Source: Candidatus Brevundimonas colombiensis (lineage in GTDB: Bacteria; Pseudomonadota; Alphaproteobacteria; Caulobacterales; Caulobacteraceae). From it: a DNA stretch of 64,000 nucleotides. Below the pieces are notes generated by a model that was given only the letters and a program-made list of their open reading frames with translations, was not told where the DNA came from and searched no databases. The stretch lies in contig CP119326.1 in the NCBI GenBank assembly GCA_029202665.1, positions 589,092 through 653,091 on the forward strand. The letters are read 5' to 3'. Made by a program: the position numbers and the translations under genes. The first letter of the stretch is position 1; each line of letters opens with the position of its first letter. Positions 35,891 to 45,494 of this stretch are shown in pieces.

Positions 35891-37063
35891 ATGCAGACCC
35901 AGGCCGGCGATCCGGGCGCCTTTGCGCATTTCGACCTGAACCGCGTCGCCTCGCCCGCCTTCGTGGTGGACGAGGCGGCCATCCGTCGCAATCTGTCCGT
36001 GCTGAAGGGCGTGCGCGACGGGGCGGAGGCGCGCGTACTTCTGGCGCTGAAGGCGTTTTCGATGTGGTCGCTGGCCGATGTGGTCGGCGAATACCTCGAC
36101 GGGGTCTGCGCCTCGGGCCTGTGGGAGGCGCGGCTGGCGCGCGAGTTCTACAAGGGCGAACTGACGACCTATTCGCCGGCCTATACGGCGGAGGACCTGC
36201 CCGAGATCCTGCGTCTGTCGGACCACGTCATCTTCAACAACCCGGCCCAGATCGCCCGGTTCGCCGACCTGATCGCGGCGGCGCGGACAGACGGCCAAGT
36301 GTTCGAGATCGGCCTGCGGCTGAACCCCGAACATTCGGAAGGCGAGGTCGCCAAATACGATCCGGCCCAACCCTGTTCGCGCCTGGGCTTTCCGGTGTCT
36401 CAGCTGACGGCCGAGCATCTGATCGGCGTCGATGGCCTGCATATGCATGCGCTGTGCGAGCAGGATTTCGAACCCCTGTCGCGCATCTGGGCGGCGGTGG
36501 AGCCCAAGCTCCAGCCGCTGCTGGGCGGGATCAAATGGCTGAACCTGGGCGGGGGCCACCACATCACCCGCGCCGATTATCAGCGGGACGACCTGATCGC
36601 CTTCGTGCGCGATCTGCAGGCGCGTCATGGGGTTCAGGTCTATCTGGAGCCGGGCGAGGCCGTGGCGCTGGACGCCGGCATCCTGATCGGCGAGGTGCTG
36701 GACGTGTTCGACAACGGCATGCCCATCGGCATCACCGACATCTCCGCCACCTGCCACATGCCCGATGTGATCGAGGCGCCCTATCGTCCCGCCCTGCTGG
36801 GCGAGCCCGATCAAGGCGTGACGGTGCGGTTGGGCGGCCCGTCGTGCCTGGCCGGCGACATCATCGGCGACTATGTCTTCGCCGAGCGGCCGACGCCCGG
36901 AACGCGGATCGCGTTCCTGGATCAGGCCCACTATTCGATGGTCAAAACCAACACCTTCAACGGCGTGCCACTGCCCTCCATCGTGCTGTGGAACTCGGAG
37001 ACGGACGCGTTGAGGACGGTGCGGGACTTCGACTATTCGGCCTTCCGCGATCGCCTGTCCTAG
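35891..37063 (+). CDS. nspC: Carboxynorspermidine decarboxylase
   Basis: LLALKAFS, CASGLWEA, GLHMHALCEQ, NLGGGH, LEPGEA, HMPDVIE.PY, HYSMVKTNTFNG. Confidence 0.92.
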   Translation: MQTQAGDPGAFAHFDLNRVASPAFVVDEAAIRRNLSVLKGVRDGAEARVLLALKAFSMWSLADVVGEYLDGVCASGLWEARLAREFYKGELTTYSPAYTAEDLPEILRLSDHVIFNNPAQIARFADLIAAARTDGQVFEIGLRLNPEHSEGEVAKYDPAQPCSRLGFPVSQLTAEHLIGVDGLHMHALCEQDFEPLSRIWAAVEPKLQPLLGGIKWLNLGGGHHITRADYQRDDLIAFVRDLQARHGVQVYLEPGEAVALDAGILIGEVLDVFDNGMPIGITDISATCHMPDVIEAPYRPALLGEPDQGVTVRLGGPSCLAGDIIGDYVFAERPTPGTRIAFLDQAHYSMVKTNTFNGVPLPSIVLWNSETDALRTVRDFDYSAFRDRLS

Positions 37064-37070
37064 GCGCAAG

Positions 37071-37096
37071 AAAAAAGGCGGCTCGCGCCGCCCTTT
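37071..37096. terminator. Bidirectional terminator between nspC and ctpA
   Basis: A6-GGCGGC-TCGC-GCCGCC-CTTT. Confidence 0.7.
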
Positions 37097-37102
37097 CCCG
37101 AC

Positions 37103-38479
37103 CTATTCTTCCTTGGGTTCGTCCGCCGCCGGGGCGGCGTCGGGCTTGGGCGTCGAGCCCGGTTCGGTGACGACGATCCCTTCCGGCGCCTTGGGCAGTT
37201 TCGTCAGGTCGCCGCCGGCGCGCAGCACATCCAGCGCCCGTTCCAGCTGATAGTCCTTTTCCTTGTCGAACTTGTCGCCCGGCGCCTCGCGCGGCGTGTG
37301 CGGCCCCTTGCGCTCGGCGCCGATGGAGGCGTCCAGCGCCGTGGCGTAGGCGGCCTCGGAATAGATGAAGCTGGAGCGCGAGACGATGCGGGCCTCAGCC
37401 TCCGAACGGGCGACCTCCAGGTCCGGTTCGATGCCGATCTTCTGGATCGAGGCGCCCGAGGGGGTGTAGTAGCGCGCCGTCGTGATCGACAGGGCGCCGT
37501 CCTGGCCCTGACGCAGCGGAATCACGGTCTGGACCGACCCCTTGCCGAAGCTGGTCAGGCCCACGACGGTCGCGCGCTGATGATCCTTCAGGGCGCCGGC
37601 GACGATCTCGGACGCCGAAGCCGAGCCGTAGTTGACCAGAACGACCAGCGGCAGCCCGCCGGTGATGTCGCCCGGCTTGGCCGAATAACGCTGGATCTGC
37701 TCAGGCTTCCTGCCCCGCTGGCTGACGATCTCGCCGCGCTCCAGGAAGGCGTCGGACACGTCGATGGCGGCGTTCAGCAGGCCGCCGCCGTTATTCCGCA
37801 GGTCCAGGACATAGCCCTTCACGCCCGGCTTCTCGGCCTTGATCTTGGCGATGGCCTCGTTCAGCTCGCGGCCGGTGTTCTCGTTGAAGGTCGAGACGCG
37901 CAGATAGCCGAAATCGCCCTCGACCCGGCCCGTGACCGACTGGACCTTGATGACCTCGCGGGTCAGGACGACCTCCAGCGGGTCGGAGCCGTCGCGCAGG
38001 AAGGTCACCTTGACGCTGGTGCCCACCGCGCCGCGAAGCTTCTCGGACACCTGGCTGACCGTCAGGCCGGCCGCGTTCTGGCCCTCGATGGAAGAGATGA
38101 CGTCGCCCGCCTGGACCCCGGCCTTGGCGGCGGGGCTGTCGTCCATCGGCGAGATGACCTTCACCATCCCGCCGTCGGCGCTGATGGTCAGGCCGACGCC
38201 CGAATACTGACCCTCGGTGCGTTCGCGCAACTCGTTGTAGTTGGACGGCGGCAGATAGTTGGAGTGCGGGTCCAGGGCGGTCATCATGCCCGCCAGCGCC
38301 GCCTCGATCAGCTTCTTGTTGTCGACCGGAACGACATAGGCCTGCTCCAAGATGCCGACCACGTCGCCGAACAGCTCCAGCATGCGGAAGGTTTCGTTGC
38401 GAGGGGTCTGGCTTGAGACAGCAGCGGCGGAGCCGCCGAGCACCAGTGCGGCGCAGCCGACGAGGAGCAGTTTACGCAT
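37103..38479 (-). CDS. ctpA: S41 family carboxy-terminal processing protease; start placed at MRKLLL
   Basis: LDPHS, PDZ domain, LDLRNNGGG, GSASASEIVAGAL, SFGKGSVQT. Confidence 0.95.
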   Translation of the reverse strand: MRKLLLVGCAALVLGGSAAAVSSQTPRNETFRMLELFGDVVGILEQAYVVPVDNKKLIEAALAGMMTALDPHSNYLPPSNYNELRERTEGQYSGVGLTISADGGMVKVISPMDDSPAAKAGVQAGDVISSIEGQNAAGLTVSQVSEKLRGAVGTSVKVTFLRDGSDPLEVVLTREVIKVQSVTGRVEGDFGYLRVSTFNENTGRELNEAIAKIKAEKPGVKGYVLDLRNNGGGLLNAAIDVSDAFLERGEIVSQRGRKPEQIQRYSAKPGDITGGLPLVVLVNYGSASASEIVAGALKDHQRATVVGLTSFGKGSVQTVIPLRQGQDGALSITTARYYTPSGASIQKIGIEPDLEVARSEAEARIVSRSSFIYSEAAYATALDASIGAERKGPHTPREAPGDKFDKEKDYQLERALDVLRAGGDLTKLPKAPEGIVVTEPGSTPKPDAAPAADEPKEE

Positions 38480-38618
38480 TCGGTCTCTTTCGGTCGGGCC
38501 GATCATTCAAGGCGCCCGTTGGAAGGGTAAGGCCCCGCAGACACGACCAAATCGTGGCGACGCGGCGTCCCGCCGATAAAATCAGCGTCGGAGGATAATG
38601 CAAAGGACTATTGCAGGT

Positions 38619-39698
38619 TCAGCGCAACCACGGCCCCGGATCAATTGGCCGTTCGTCGCGACGCAGTTCGAAATAGACGTCGCCGTCCGGGCCGCTGCGG
38701 CCCAGGGTCTGGCCGTCCGCGACACGCGCGTCGCCGTGGACGTCGACGCTTTCAAGCCCCGCGATGACGGCGCGCCAGCCCGGGCCCAGGTCCAGCACCA
38801 CCACCTGCCCCCATCCGGCCAGCGGCCCGGCATAGGCGACCTTGGCGTCGGCGGGCGCCTTGACCGCAGCGCGGTCCGCGCGCCATCGCCAGCCGGAGGT
38901 CCCCTGCCCCCAGGTCTGGGTCGGGGCGCCGCCGACCGGCGGGCTGAGGCGGGCGCGGTTGGCGGGCAGGCGCGCCGTGGGCGTCTCGACGGCCTCGGCC
39001 TGGGGCACGGCGCCGCCCAGTTCGCGGATGCGGCGTTCCAGAACATCGGCGGCGCGTTCGGCGGCGCGCGCCTCGGCGTTCAGGACGGCGGTCAGGGCGG
39101 TCTTGCGCGATGTCAGCCCCTCGATCTCGGCCCGACGGTCCCCTTGGGCGCTCTCGGTCGTCAGCAGCCGTTCCGAGGACAGGACGGCCAGGCGCCGGAT
39201 GCGCATGATCTCGGCCTGACGCGCCGCCAGGGCCTGGGCGCGGGTCTCCAGGTCCGGCGTCATGGCCTTGAGCAGGATGGAGGCGCGCACCGTGTCGATG
39301 GCCTTGTCCGCCGGAACCAGCAGCGGCGGGGGCGGGCGGCGGCTCATCATCTGCAGCGCGCTGAGCAGGCGGCTCTGGGCGCCGCGTTCACGGGCCAGAC
39401 TGGACACCAGCTCGGCCTCGCGCTCGCTGAGTTGCCGCAGGCGCGCGCGCTGATCGTCGATCTGGCGGTCGTCGTTGCGCGCATCGGCTCTCAGGGTCGC
39501 CAGCCGGCGCTCCAGCTGCGCCAGTTCGGCCTTGGCGGCGTCGGCGTCGGCGCGCAGACGCCGGGCGCGCACCGCCTCGTCGCGGTATTCGGCCTGGATG
39601 CGCGACAGCTCGTTTTCCGGCGCCTGACGGCTCATGGCCGGGGCGGCGCAGACGAAACCCGTCAGCAAGGCGAGGGAAAGAGGAAGGGCGCGACGCAT
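38619..39698 (-). CDS. envC: EnvC-like murein hydrolase activator (degenerate M23/LytM)
   Basis: Signal peptide, long coiled coil, VAYAGPLAGWGQVVVLD and YFELR (no HxH); between rlmH and ctpA. Confidence 0.85.
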   Translation of the reverse strand: MRRALPLSLALLTGFVCAAPAMSRQAPENELSRIQAEYRDEAVRARRLRADADAAKAELAQLERRLATLRADARNDDRQIDDQRARLRQLSEREAELVSSLARERGAQSRLLSALQMMSRRPPPPLLVPADKAIDTVRASILLKAMTPDLETRAQALAARQAEIMRIRRLAVLSSERLLTTESAQGDRRAEIEGLTSRKTALTAVLNAEARAAERAADVLERRIRELGGAVPQAEAVETPTARLPANRARLSPPVGGAPTQTWGQGTSGWRWRADRAAVKAPADAKVAYAGPLAGWGQVVVLDLGPGWRAVIAGLESVDVHGDARVADGQTLGRSGPDGDVYFELRRDERPIDPGPWLR

Positions 39699-39699
39699 C

Positions 39700-40164
39700 T
39701 CAGTCGCGATGATAGGGAGATCCGGCCAGGATGGTCACGGCCCGATAAAGCTGTTCCGCCAGCATGGCGCGGGCCAGGGCGTGAGGCCAGGTCTGGGGAC
39801 CGAAGGCCAGGGTCGAGGCGGCGGCGGCCCGCACGCTCTCGTCCAGCCCGTCCGCCCCGCCGATGGCGAAGACCAGCCGACGTTCGCCCTGATCGCGCAG
39901 TTTGGCGACATGGTCGGCGAAGGCGCGCGAGGAATAGGTCTTGCCCCGTTCGTCGCAGGCGATCAGGTGCGCGCCCTCGGCGGCGGCCAGGATCAGTTCG
40001 GCCTCCGGCGCCTTGCCGGGCTTCCTGGGTTCCAGATCGATCAGTTCGAGAGGGCCGAGGCCCAGCGCGCGCCCCGCCAGGGTGGCGCGCCGGGCGTAGT
40101 CGTCGGCCAGCGTCGTCTCGGGGCCCCGGCCCGGCCGGCCGATGGCGACGATGCCCAACTTCAT
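39700..40164 (-). CDS. rlmH: 23S rRNA m3Psi1915 methyltransferase
   Basis: FAIGGADG, TWPHALAR.ML.EQLYRA, GSPYHR. Confidence 0.95.
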   Translation of the reverse strand: MKLGIVAIGRPGRGPETTLADDYARRATLAGRALGLGPLELIDLEPRKPGKAPEAELILAAAEGAHLIACDERGKTYSSRAFADHVAKLRDQGERRLVFAIGGADGLDESVRAAAASTLAFGPQTWPHALARAMLAEQLYRAVTILAGSPYHRD

Positions 40165-40168
40165 GGGG

Positions 40169-40696
40169 TCAGTCGCGCGCGGTGCGGTGGGCGGAATCGA
40201 CCGCCCAGATCTTCTCGATGTTGTAGAAGGTGCGGACCTCGGGGCGGAACAGGTGGACGATCACGTCGCCGACGTCGATCAGCACCCAGTCGCAGTGTGG
40301 CAGGCCCTCGACCTTGGCCTTGCCCAGCCCCTGTTCCTTCAGGGTGCGCAGCAGGTGGTCGGCGATGGCGCCGACGTGACGGTGCGAGCGGCCGGACGCC
40401 ACGATCATGGTGTCAGCCATGGCGCTCTTGCCCTTCAGGTCGATCAGGACGAGATCCTGGGCCTTGTCCTCGTCGAGGCGGCTCAGCAGGGCTTCTTCCA
40501 GCGGGGTCGAGCCGACGGGGCGCGGCGCGGCATCGCCGATAGCCAGGTTGGAGTCTGAGCCGTCTTCGGAATGGAGAGGTTCGATAGGGTCCATCTCGTG
40601 CGCCGTATTCGAAACGGCGGCGTCTTGCGTATCGTACGCGGGCGAGGGGGTCAGCGGAGGGCTCCGGGAGCGTTGACTAAAGACCTCCTCTAGCAC
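40169..40696 (-). CDS. rsfS: Ribosome silencing factor RsfS (start uncertain)
   Basis: LDEDKAQD, IVASGRSHRHV, DWVLIDVGDVIVHLFRPEVRTFYNIEKIW. Confidence 0.93.
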   Translation of the reverse strand: MLEEVFSQRSRSPPLTPSPAYDTQDAAVSNTAHEMDPIEPLHSEDGSDSNLAIGDAAPRPVGSTPLEEALLSRLDEDKAQDLVLIDLKGKSAMADTMIVASGRSHRHVGAIADHLLRTLKEQGLGKAKVEGLPHCDWVLIDVGDVIVHLFRPEVRTFYNIEKIWAVDSAHRTARD

Positions 40697-40739
40697 GGAT
40701 GGGCCGAAACGTGAACCGGCGCCGCAATCAGGCCGCCGT

Positions 40740-41417
40740 TTATGCCGCTGGGGGCTCGGTCGGGCGACGCGGCCCCGCGCTGCGGATAGCCGTCGATGAC
40801 AACGGATTCAGCGGAGCGGTCAGATAGGTCCAGGCCGGGGCGGACAGGCTGGGCAGCAGGCCCGCCTCGCGCTCCGGCACGCGGAAGCCGGCGAACCGGG
40901 CGGCCGCCGGCGCCGTGCGACTGTCCAGCAGCGAACCCGGTCGGGCGATCACCGCGACCGGCATCAGCCGCATGATGTCGGTCCAGCCGCGCCAGCGGTG
41001 GAAGCTGGCCAGATTGTCCGATCCCATCAGCCAGACGAAATGCACGCCAGGATGCCGCGCGACCAGAAGGCGCAGGGTGTCGACCGTCCAGCCCGTTCCC
41101 GCCCGGCTCTCGAAGTCCGAGACGATCATGGACGGTCCGTGGGCGTGGGCGCGGGCCGAGGCCATACGCTCCACCAAAGGCGCGCTGTGGCGAGCGTCCT
41201 TCAGCGGATTCTGCGGCGAAACCAGCCAGACCACACGATCCAGGCCCAGGCGGCGTCTGGCGGTTTCCGCAACATGGGCGTGGCCGTCGTGCGCCGGATT
41301 GAACGAGCCGCCGAACAGGCCGACCTTCATCCCCGGCGCCAGGATCAACCCGTCGCGCAGCGCCCCGGAACGGGGGCCGGCGCCTTTGGGCGCGGGACCG
41401 GCGTGGAAGAAGGACAA
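40740..41417 (-). CDS. nadD: Nicotinate-nucleotide adenylyltransferase
   Basis: GLFGGSFNPAHDGH, WLMGSDNL, LSSTAIR. Confidence 0.95.
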   Translation of the reverse strand: MSFFHAGPAPKGAGPRSGALRDGLILAPGMKVGLFGGSFNPAHDGHAHVAETARRRLGLDRVVWLVSPQNPLKDARHSAPLVERMASARAHAHGPSMIVSDFESRAGTGWTVDTLRLLVARHPGVHFVWLMGSDNLASFHRWRGWTDIMRLMPVAVIARPGSLLDSRTAPAAARFAGFRVPEREAGLLPSLSAPAWTYLTAPLNPLSSTAIRSAGPRRPTEPPAA

Positions 41418-41488
41418 GCGGCGTCTCGGGGAGTTATGCTCAGCGGCGTCCTTATAACGCGGGACTTTGTTCAGCCTACAGAAATCAT

Positions 41489-42391
41489 TCAGACGGCCGC
41501 GTCGAACAGGGCGTCACGCGCCACATCGGCATGGGTCATGGGAAACAGATGCCCGCCGCCGGGAACCACATCGACCCTGACGTTGGGCAGGCCGCGCGGC
41601 GCCGCGGGCAGCTGGGTCAGGGCCCCATGCTCGGCCTTCAGGATATGGACGGGGCCGGGATAGCGGCGCAGGGCGCGCCAGGGATCGTGCGCCTGGGCGG
41701 CGTAGTTGGCCGCCTCCCACGCCGGGGCGGCGGCCAGATCGAAGCCGTCCGCGCCCGGCGCGGCGATCAGTCCCTCGGACAGGTAATCGGCCAGCACCCC
41801 GTCGGGCCATCCCTTGAAGGCGCCTCGCCCGCGATAGGCCGCCATGGCCTGTTCGCGGCTGTCGAAGCGGCTGCGACGCCGACGCGCGGCGGTCGCGATG
41901 GGAATATGTTCCACGAACCGATGGGCGAACGGCAGATTGAAGGCCATGACCGCCGCCCGTTTCCAGATCACCGGATCGAACAGCACCAGGCTGGAGACGC
42001 GCTCGGGCCGTTCGGCCGCCGCCAGCAGCGAGGCGGTTGCGCCCATCGAGTGACCGGCCATGACCACCGGCGGCCCCGCCACAGCCGCCAACAGCGCCAG
42101 CAGATCGTCGCGATGATCGCGCCAGCTGGTCTTGGGTCGGGCGAAAGTCGGCAGGGTCGAGCCCCCATGGCCCCGCAGGTCCGGCGCCCAGATGCGCAAG
42201 CTGGTCGACAGCGGCGACAGCAGCCGACGATAGGTGGCGGCGTTGAACCCGTTGGCGTGGCTGAAGATCAGATCGACGGGCCGGTTCGGATCGCCGAAGT
42301 CCAGCACCGCCATCTCGCCTGCGCCCCAGCGGTTGTCGATGGGCACGGACAGGCGACGCGGCGGGGACATCAGCGCCGCGTCCATGATCAC
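41489..42391 (-). CDS. Alpha/beta-fold hydrolase
   Basis: FSHANGF, PDLRGHG, AGHSMGA, GGGHLFPM. Confidence 0.9.
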   Translation of the reverse strand: MIMDAALMSPPRRLSVPIDNRWGAGEMAVLDFGDPNRPVDLIFSHANGFNAATYRRLLSPLSTSLRIWAPDLRGHGGSTLPTFARPKTSWRDHRDDLLALLAAVAGPPVVMAGHSMGATASLLAAAERPERVSSLVLFDPVIWKRAAVMAFNLPFAHRFVEHIPIATAARRRRSRFDSREQAMAAYRGRGAFKGWPDGVLADYLSEGLIAAPGADGFDLAAAPAWEAANYAAQAHDPWRALRRYPGPVHILKAEHGALTQLPAAPRGLPNVRVDVVPGGGHLFPMTHADVARDALFDAAV

Positions 42392-42879
42392 GCCGCCTCG
42401 CGACAGGCGGCGCAGCGGCCATGGGCCTCTATGGTGGTGCGGGCGATGGCGTAGCCGGCGGCCGAGGCGGCGACCGCCATGGCGCCTTGGTCCGGCCCGC
42501 TGACCTCGCGCGTCGCGCCGCAGCAGTCGCAGATCAGGAAGGCGGCGGCGTGGATGGCGTCGCCTTCGTCGCTGCTGCAGGCGACATAGGCGCTGATGGA
42601 GGCGATGCGGTGGGCCATGCCCAGTCGCTCCAGGAACTCCAGCGCGCGATAGACGGTGGGGGGTTTGGCGGCCTGGCCGTCCTCGCCGAAGCGGGCGATC
42701 AGATCATAGGCCTTGACCGGGCCTCCGGCCTCCAGCAGCAGGGCCAGGACGCGGCGGCGCTGGGCGGTCATCCGCTCGCCGTCCTTGACCGCGCGCGCCT
42801 CGGCCAGGGCGAGGGCGCGATCCAGCGCGCCGCCCTTCAGGCCGGAATGGTCGTGATCGTGATCGCAGGCGCTGCCCAT
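42388..42879 (-). CDS. zur: Zur-type Fur family regulator with His-rich N-terminus
   Basis: KAYDLI, KPPTVYRALEFL, FLICDCCG, HGRCAAC. Confidence 0.82.
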   Translation of the reverse strand: MGSACDHDHDHSGLKGGALDRALALAEARAVKDGERMTAQRRRVLALLLEAGGPVKAYDLIARFGEDGQAAKPPTVYRALEFLERLGMAHRIASISAYVACSSDEGDAIHAAAFLICDCCGATREVSGPDQGAMAVAASAAGYAIARTTIEAHGRCAACREAA

Positions 42880-42998
42880 GGCCCACAGCTAATGGCTGAA
42901 CCCTTCCGCTGCAACCGACGCATCACGGGTTTGCCGCTGAGGCGGGCTTGGGCTAGAAGGCGCGCCTCATATCTCATTATCCAGAGCGTCCTCGCTTC

Positions 42999-43778
42999 AT
43001 GACCGACACGAACAACTCGCCGCTCGAAGGCAACGTCCTCTTCTATGTGAATCCTGAGCCGCTGGATCAGGGCGCTCATGCGAACCTGGGCGTCAATCCG
43101 ACCGACAAGCCCTACGCCTTCGTGGCCCAGACGAACATCGTGCCGCTGACGGTCACCGAGTTCGCCGCCGCCGCCCTGTCCTATCCGATCATCTTCACCG
43201 GCGACAACCGCCAGCCGGTCGTGGTGATGGGCCTGCGCCAGGGCGAGAACCTGTTCGTCGCCGATGACGGCGAGTTCCGCGCCGACGCCTATGTGCCCGC
43301 CTATGTGCGCCGCTATCCGTTCGTCTTCGCCGACGACAAGCAGAACCAGCGCCTGATCCTGTGCATCGACCGCGGCGCCGCCATCGTGACCGAGGGCGGC
43401 GAGAACCCGCTGTTCGTCGACGGTCAGCCCAGCGACTACACCAACATGGCCATGGAGTTCTGCAACAACTTCGAACAGGAGCGCCAGCGCACGGAAAGCT
43501 TCGTCCAGCTGATCAAGGATCTGGACCTGCTGGACACGCGCGACGCCGTGTTCACGCCGCGCAACCCCGACGGCACGCCGGGCGAACCGCAGAAGCTGGC
43601 CGAATATTATGCGGTGTCGGAAGACAAGCTGCGCGCCCTGCCGGCCGAGAAGCTGGCCGAACTGCGCGACAACGGCGCCCTGGGTCAGATCTACGCCCAC
43701 CTGGTGTCACTGCTGGGCTGGGATCGTCTGATCGCCCTGGCCTTCCTGCGCCAGGCCCAGTCGACGACCGTCAACTAG
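42999..43778 (+). CDS. SapC family protein
   Basis: PLTVTEFAAAALSYPIIF, VMGLRQGENLF, YVPAYVRRYPF, LGQIYAHLVSL. Confidence 0.88.
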   Translation: MTDTNNSPLEGNVLFYVNPEPLDQGAHANLGVNPTDKPYAFVAQTNIVPLTVTEFAAAALSYPIIFTGDNRQPVVVMGLRQGENLFVADDGEFRADAYVPAYVRRYPFVFADDKQNQRLILCIDRGAAIVTEGGENPLFVDGQPSDYTNMAMEFCNNFEQERQRTESFVQLIKDLDLLDTRDAVFTPRNPDGTPGEPQKLAEYYAVSEDKLRALPAEKLAELRDNGALGQIYAHLVSLLGWDRLIALAFLRQAQSTTVN

Positions 43779-43794
43779 GACGGACGGTCAGCTC

Positions 43795-43840
43795 CAAAAG
43801 AAACGCCCCGACGGTTCGCGCCGTCGGGGCGTTTTTCGTT
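43795..43840. terminator. Bidirectional terminator
   Basis: AAACGCCCCGACGG-TTCGCG-CCGTCGGGGCGTTT with A and T tracts on either side. Confidence 0.85.
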
Positions 43841-44248
43841 TCAGCGACGGGAGAAGACCGCGCGCGTCAGGCATGAGAAGACCAGCCGCCCCGCCTCGTC
43901 CAACAGGTCGTGCGAAGCGATGACGATGCCCTTCTCGTCGCCGACCGGATCCTTGCCCATCACCGTCATCCGCCCGCGCAGCAGCTCGCCCGCCGGGGGA
44001 TTGCGCATGTAACGCAGGCCGTCGACGGCCAGGACCTTGGTCTGGGCCCATCCGCCCGACTTGTCGGCGGCCAGGCGGCTCCACAACACATAGACCATGG
44101 CGTCGGGCGCGCCGTAGGCCGGGTCCCAACCCGGGGCGAATCGCTCCACGAAGACCTCCAGCGCCGCCTGATCGACCGCGCAGGCGCCCAGGGGCACGAC
44201 CTGCCCCACTTCCAGGTCTTCGAAATGGACGTGCAGCGGGTCGCTCAT
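43841..44248 (-). CDS. MaoC-like hotdog-fold protein
   Basis: HFEDLEVGQ, VDGLRYMRNPPAGELLRGRMTV, GRLVFSC. Confidence 0.75.
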   Translation of the reverse strand: MSDPLHVHFEDLEVGQVVPLGACAVDQAALEVFVERFAPGWDPAYGAPDAMVYVLWSRLAADKSGGWAQTKVLAVDGLRYMRNPPAGELLRGRMTVMGKDPVGDEKGIVIASHDLLDEAGRLVFSCLTRAVFSRR

Positions 44249-44270
44249 GCGCGGGCCTTTCGGGACGGGG

Positions 44271-45311
44271 TCAGGCGGGTTCCTCGGAAACCCGGACCAG
44301 CAGCTTGCCGTCGTGATCGCCGGTGAACAAGCGATTCAGCGAATCGACCGCCCCGTCCAGGCCGTCGTCGACATGCACCTTCCACTTCACCCGCCCGTCG
44401 GCCAGCCACGGCCCCATTTCGGCGACCATCTCCCTGGCCCGCCCGGCGTAGTCCAGCACGAGGAAGCCCTGGACCTGAAGCCGGTGGGTGATGATGCGCG
44501 AGAAATTCGGCGAAGGCGGCGCCTTGGTCGCATTGTAGGCCGAGACCAGGCCGCACACCGCCATCCGGCCATGCACCTTGAGGCGGTTGAACACCGCGAT
44601 CATGATGTCGCCGCCGACGTTTTCGAAGTTCAGGTCGATGCCGTCGGGGGCCACCCGGTCCAGCGCCTCGCCAACATCCTCGTTCTTGTAGTCGATGGCC
44701 GCATCGAAGCCGAGTTCGTCGGTCAGCCAAGCGCATTTCTGTGGTCCGCCGGCGATGCCGATGACCCGGCATCCGCGCTGTTTGGCGATCTGGCCGGCGA
44801 TGGAGCCGACCGCGCCGGCCGCCGCCGAAATGACGATGGTCTCGCCGGCCTTGGCTTTCAACACGTCGGTCACGCCGAAATAGGCGGTCAGGCCGGTCAT
44901 GCCCAAAACCGACATATTGGCCGTCAGCGGCAGGCCCGGCGCGCGGTGGACGGGACGCAAGCCGCCCTCAGGGATCACGGCGTAATCGGCCCAGCCGCCC
45001 GAGGCCGGCATGACCACGTCGCCGGTCTTGAAGCGGTCTGACCTGGACGCCTCGACCACGCCCAGGGTCAGGCCGCGCATGACCTCGCCCAGACCCACCG
45101 GCGGCAGATAGCCCTCGATGTCGTTCATCCAGGTGCGGTTGGTCGGGTCCAGCGACAGATAGACGGTGCGGACCAGCACTTCGCCCTCGCCCACGTCCGG
45201 CACGGGGGTCTCGACCAGTTCCAGGTCGCCGGGCTGGATCAGACCCCTGGGTCGCTGACGCAGCACCCACTGCCGGTTCATCTTGCCGTCTTGCGAAGTC
45301 ATCAGCATCAC
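44271..45311 (-). CDS. NADP-dependent oxidoreductase (PTGR/CurA type); start may be 45280
   Basis: YLSLDP, LGMTGLTAYFG, SAAAGAVGS, GIAGG, FENVGG. Confidence 0.93.
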   Translation of the reverse strand: MMLMTSQDGKMNRQWVLRQRPRGLIQPGDLELVETPVPDVGEGEVLVRTVYLSLDPTNRTWMNDIEGYLPPVGLGEVMRGLTLGVVEASRSDRFKTGDVVMPASGGWADYAVIPEGGLRPVHRAPGLPLTANMSVLGMTGLTAYFGVTDVLKAKAGETIVISAAAGAVGSIAGQIAKQRGCRVIGIAGGPQKCAWLTDELGFDAAIDYKNEDVGEALDRVAPDGIDLNFENVGGDIMIAVFNRLKVHGRMAVCGLVSAYNATKAPPSPNFSRIITHRLQVQGFLVLDYAGRAREMVAEMGPWLADGRVKWKVHVDDGLDGAVDSLNRLFTGDHDGKLLVRVSEEPA

Positions 45312-45377
45312 TCCCGAAGGTTTTCTTTGACCACCATCTTGAGCCGAGTAAGGCGACGGGTCGAGGCGAGGCGCAAG

Positions 45378-45488
45378 AAAAAAGCGGTCCTTTCGGACCG
45401 CCTTGAAGTGGCATCATCGAGAATGAGGTGCGGAGGCAGCATGACCGGCCTGGGCCAGTCAAGTCGGGGGGCGTCGCCGCCTCCACAT
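45378..45488 (-). ncRNA. gsrN: GsrN-like general-stress-response sRNA
   Basis: SigT promoter upstream; 5' stem UGGAGGCGGC/GCUGCCUCCG enclosing a CCCCCC loop and a UGACUGGC/GCCGGUCA hairpin; terminator GCGGUCC-GAAA-GGACCGC-U6; adjacent to phyR and a maoC-like gene. 5' end estimated. Confidence 0.8.
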
Positions 45489-45494
45489 GCCGAT

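Noticed and set aside
38619-38900. Inactive M23 domain as a sign of pseudogenisation
   Set aside because: Loss of the zinc ligands is the normal state of EnvC-type activators.
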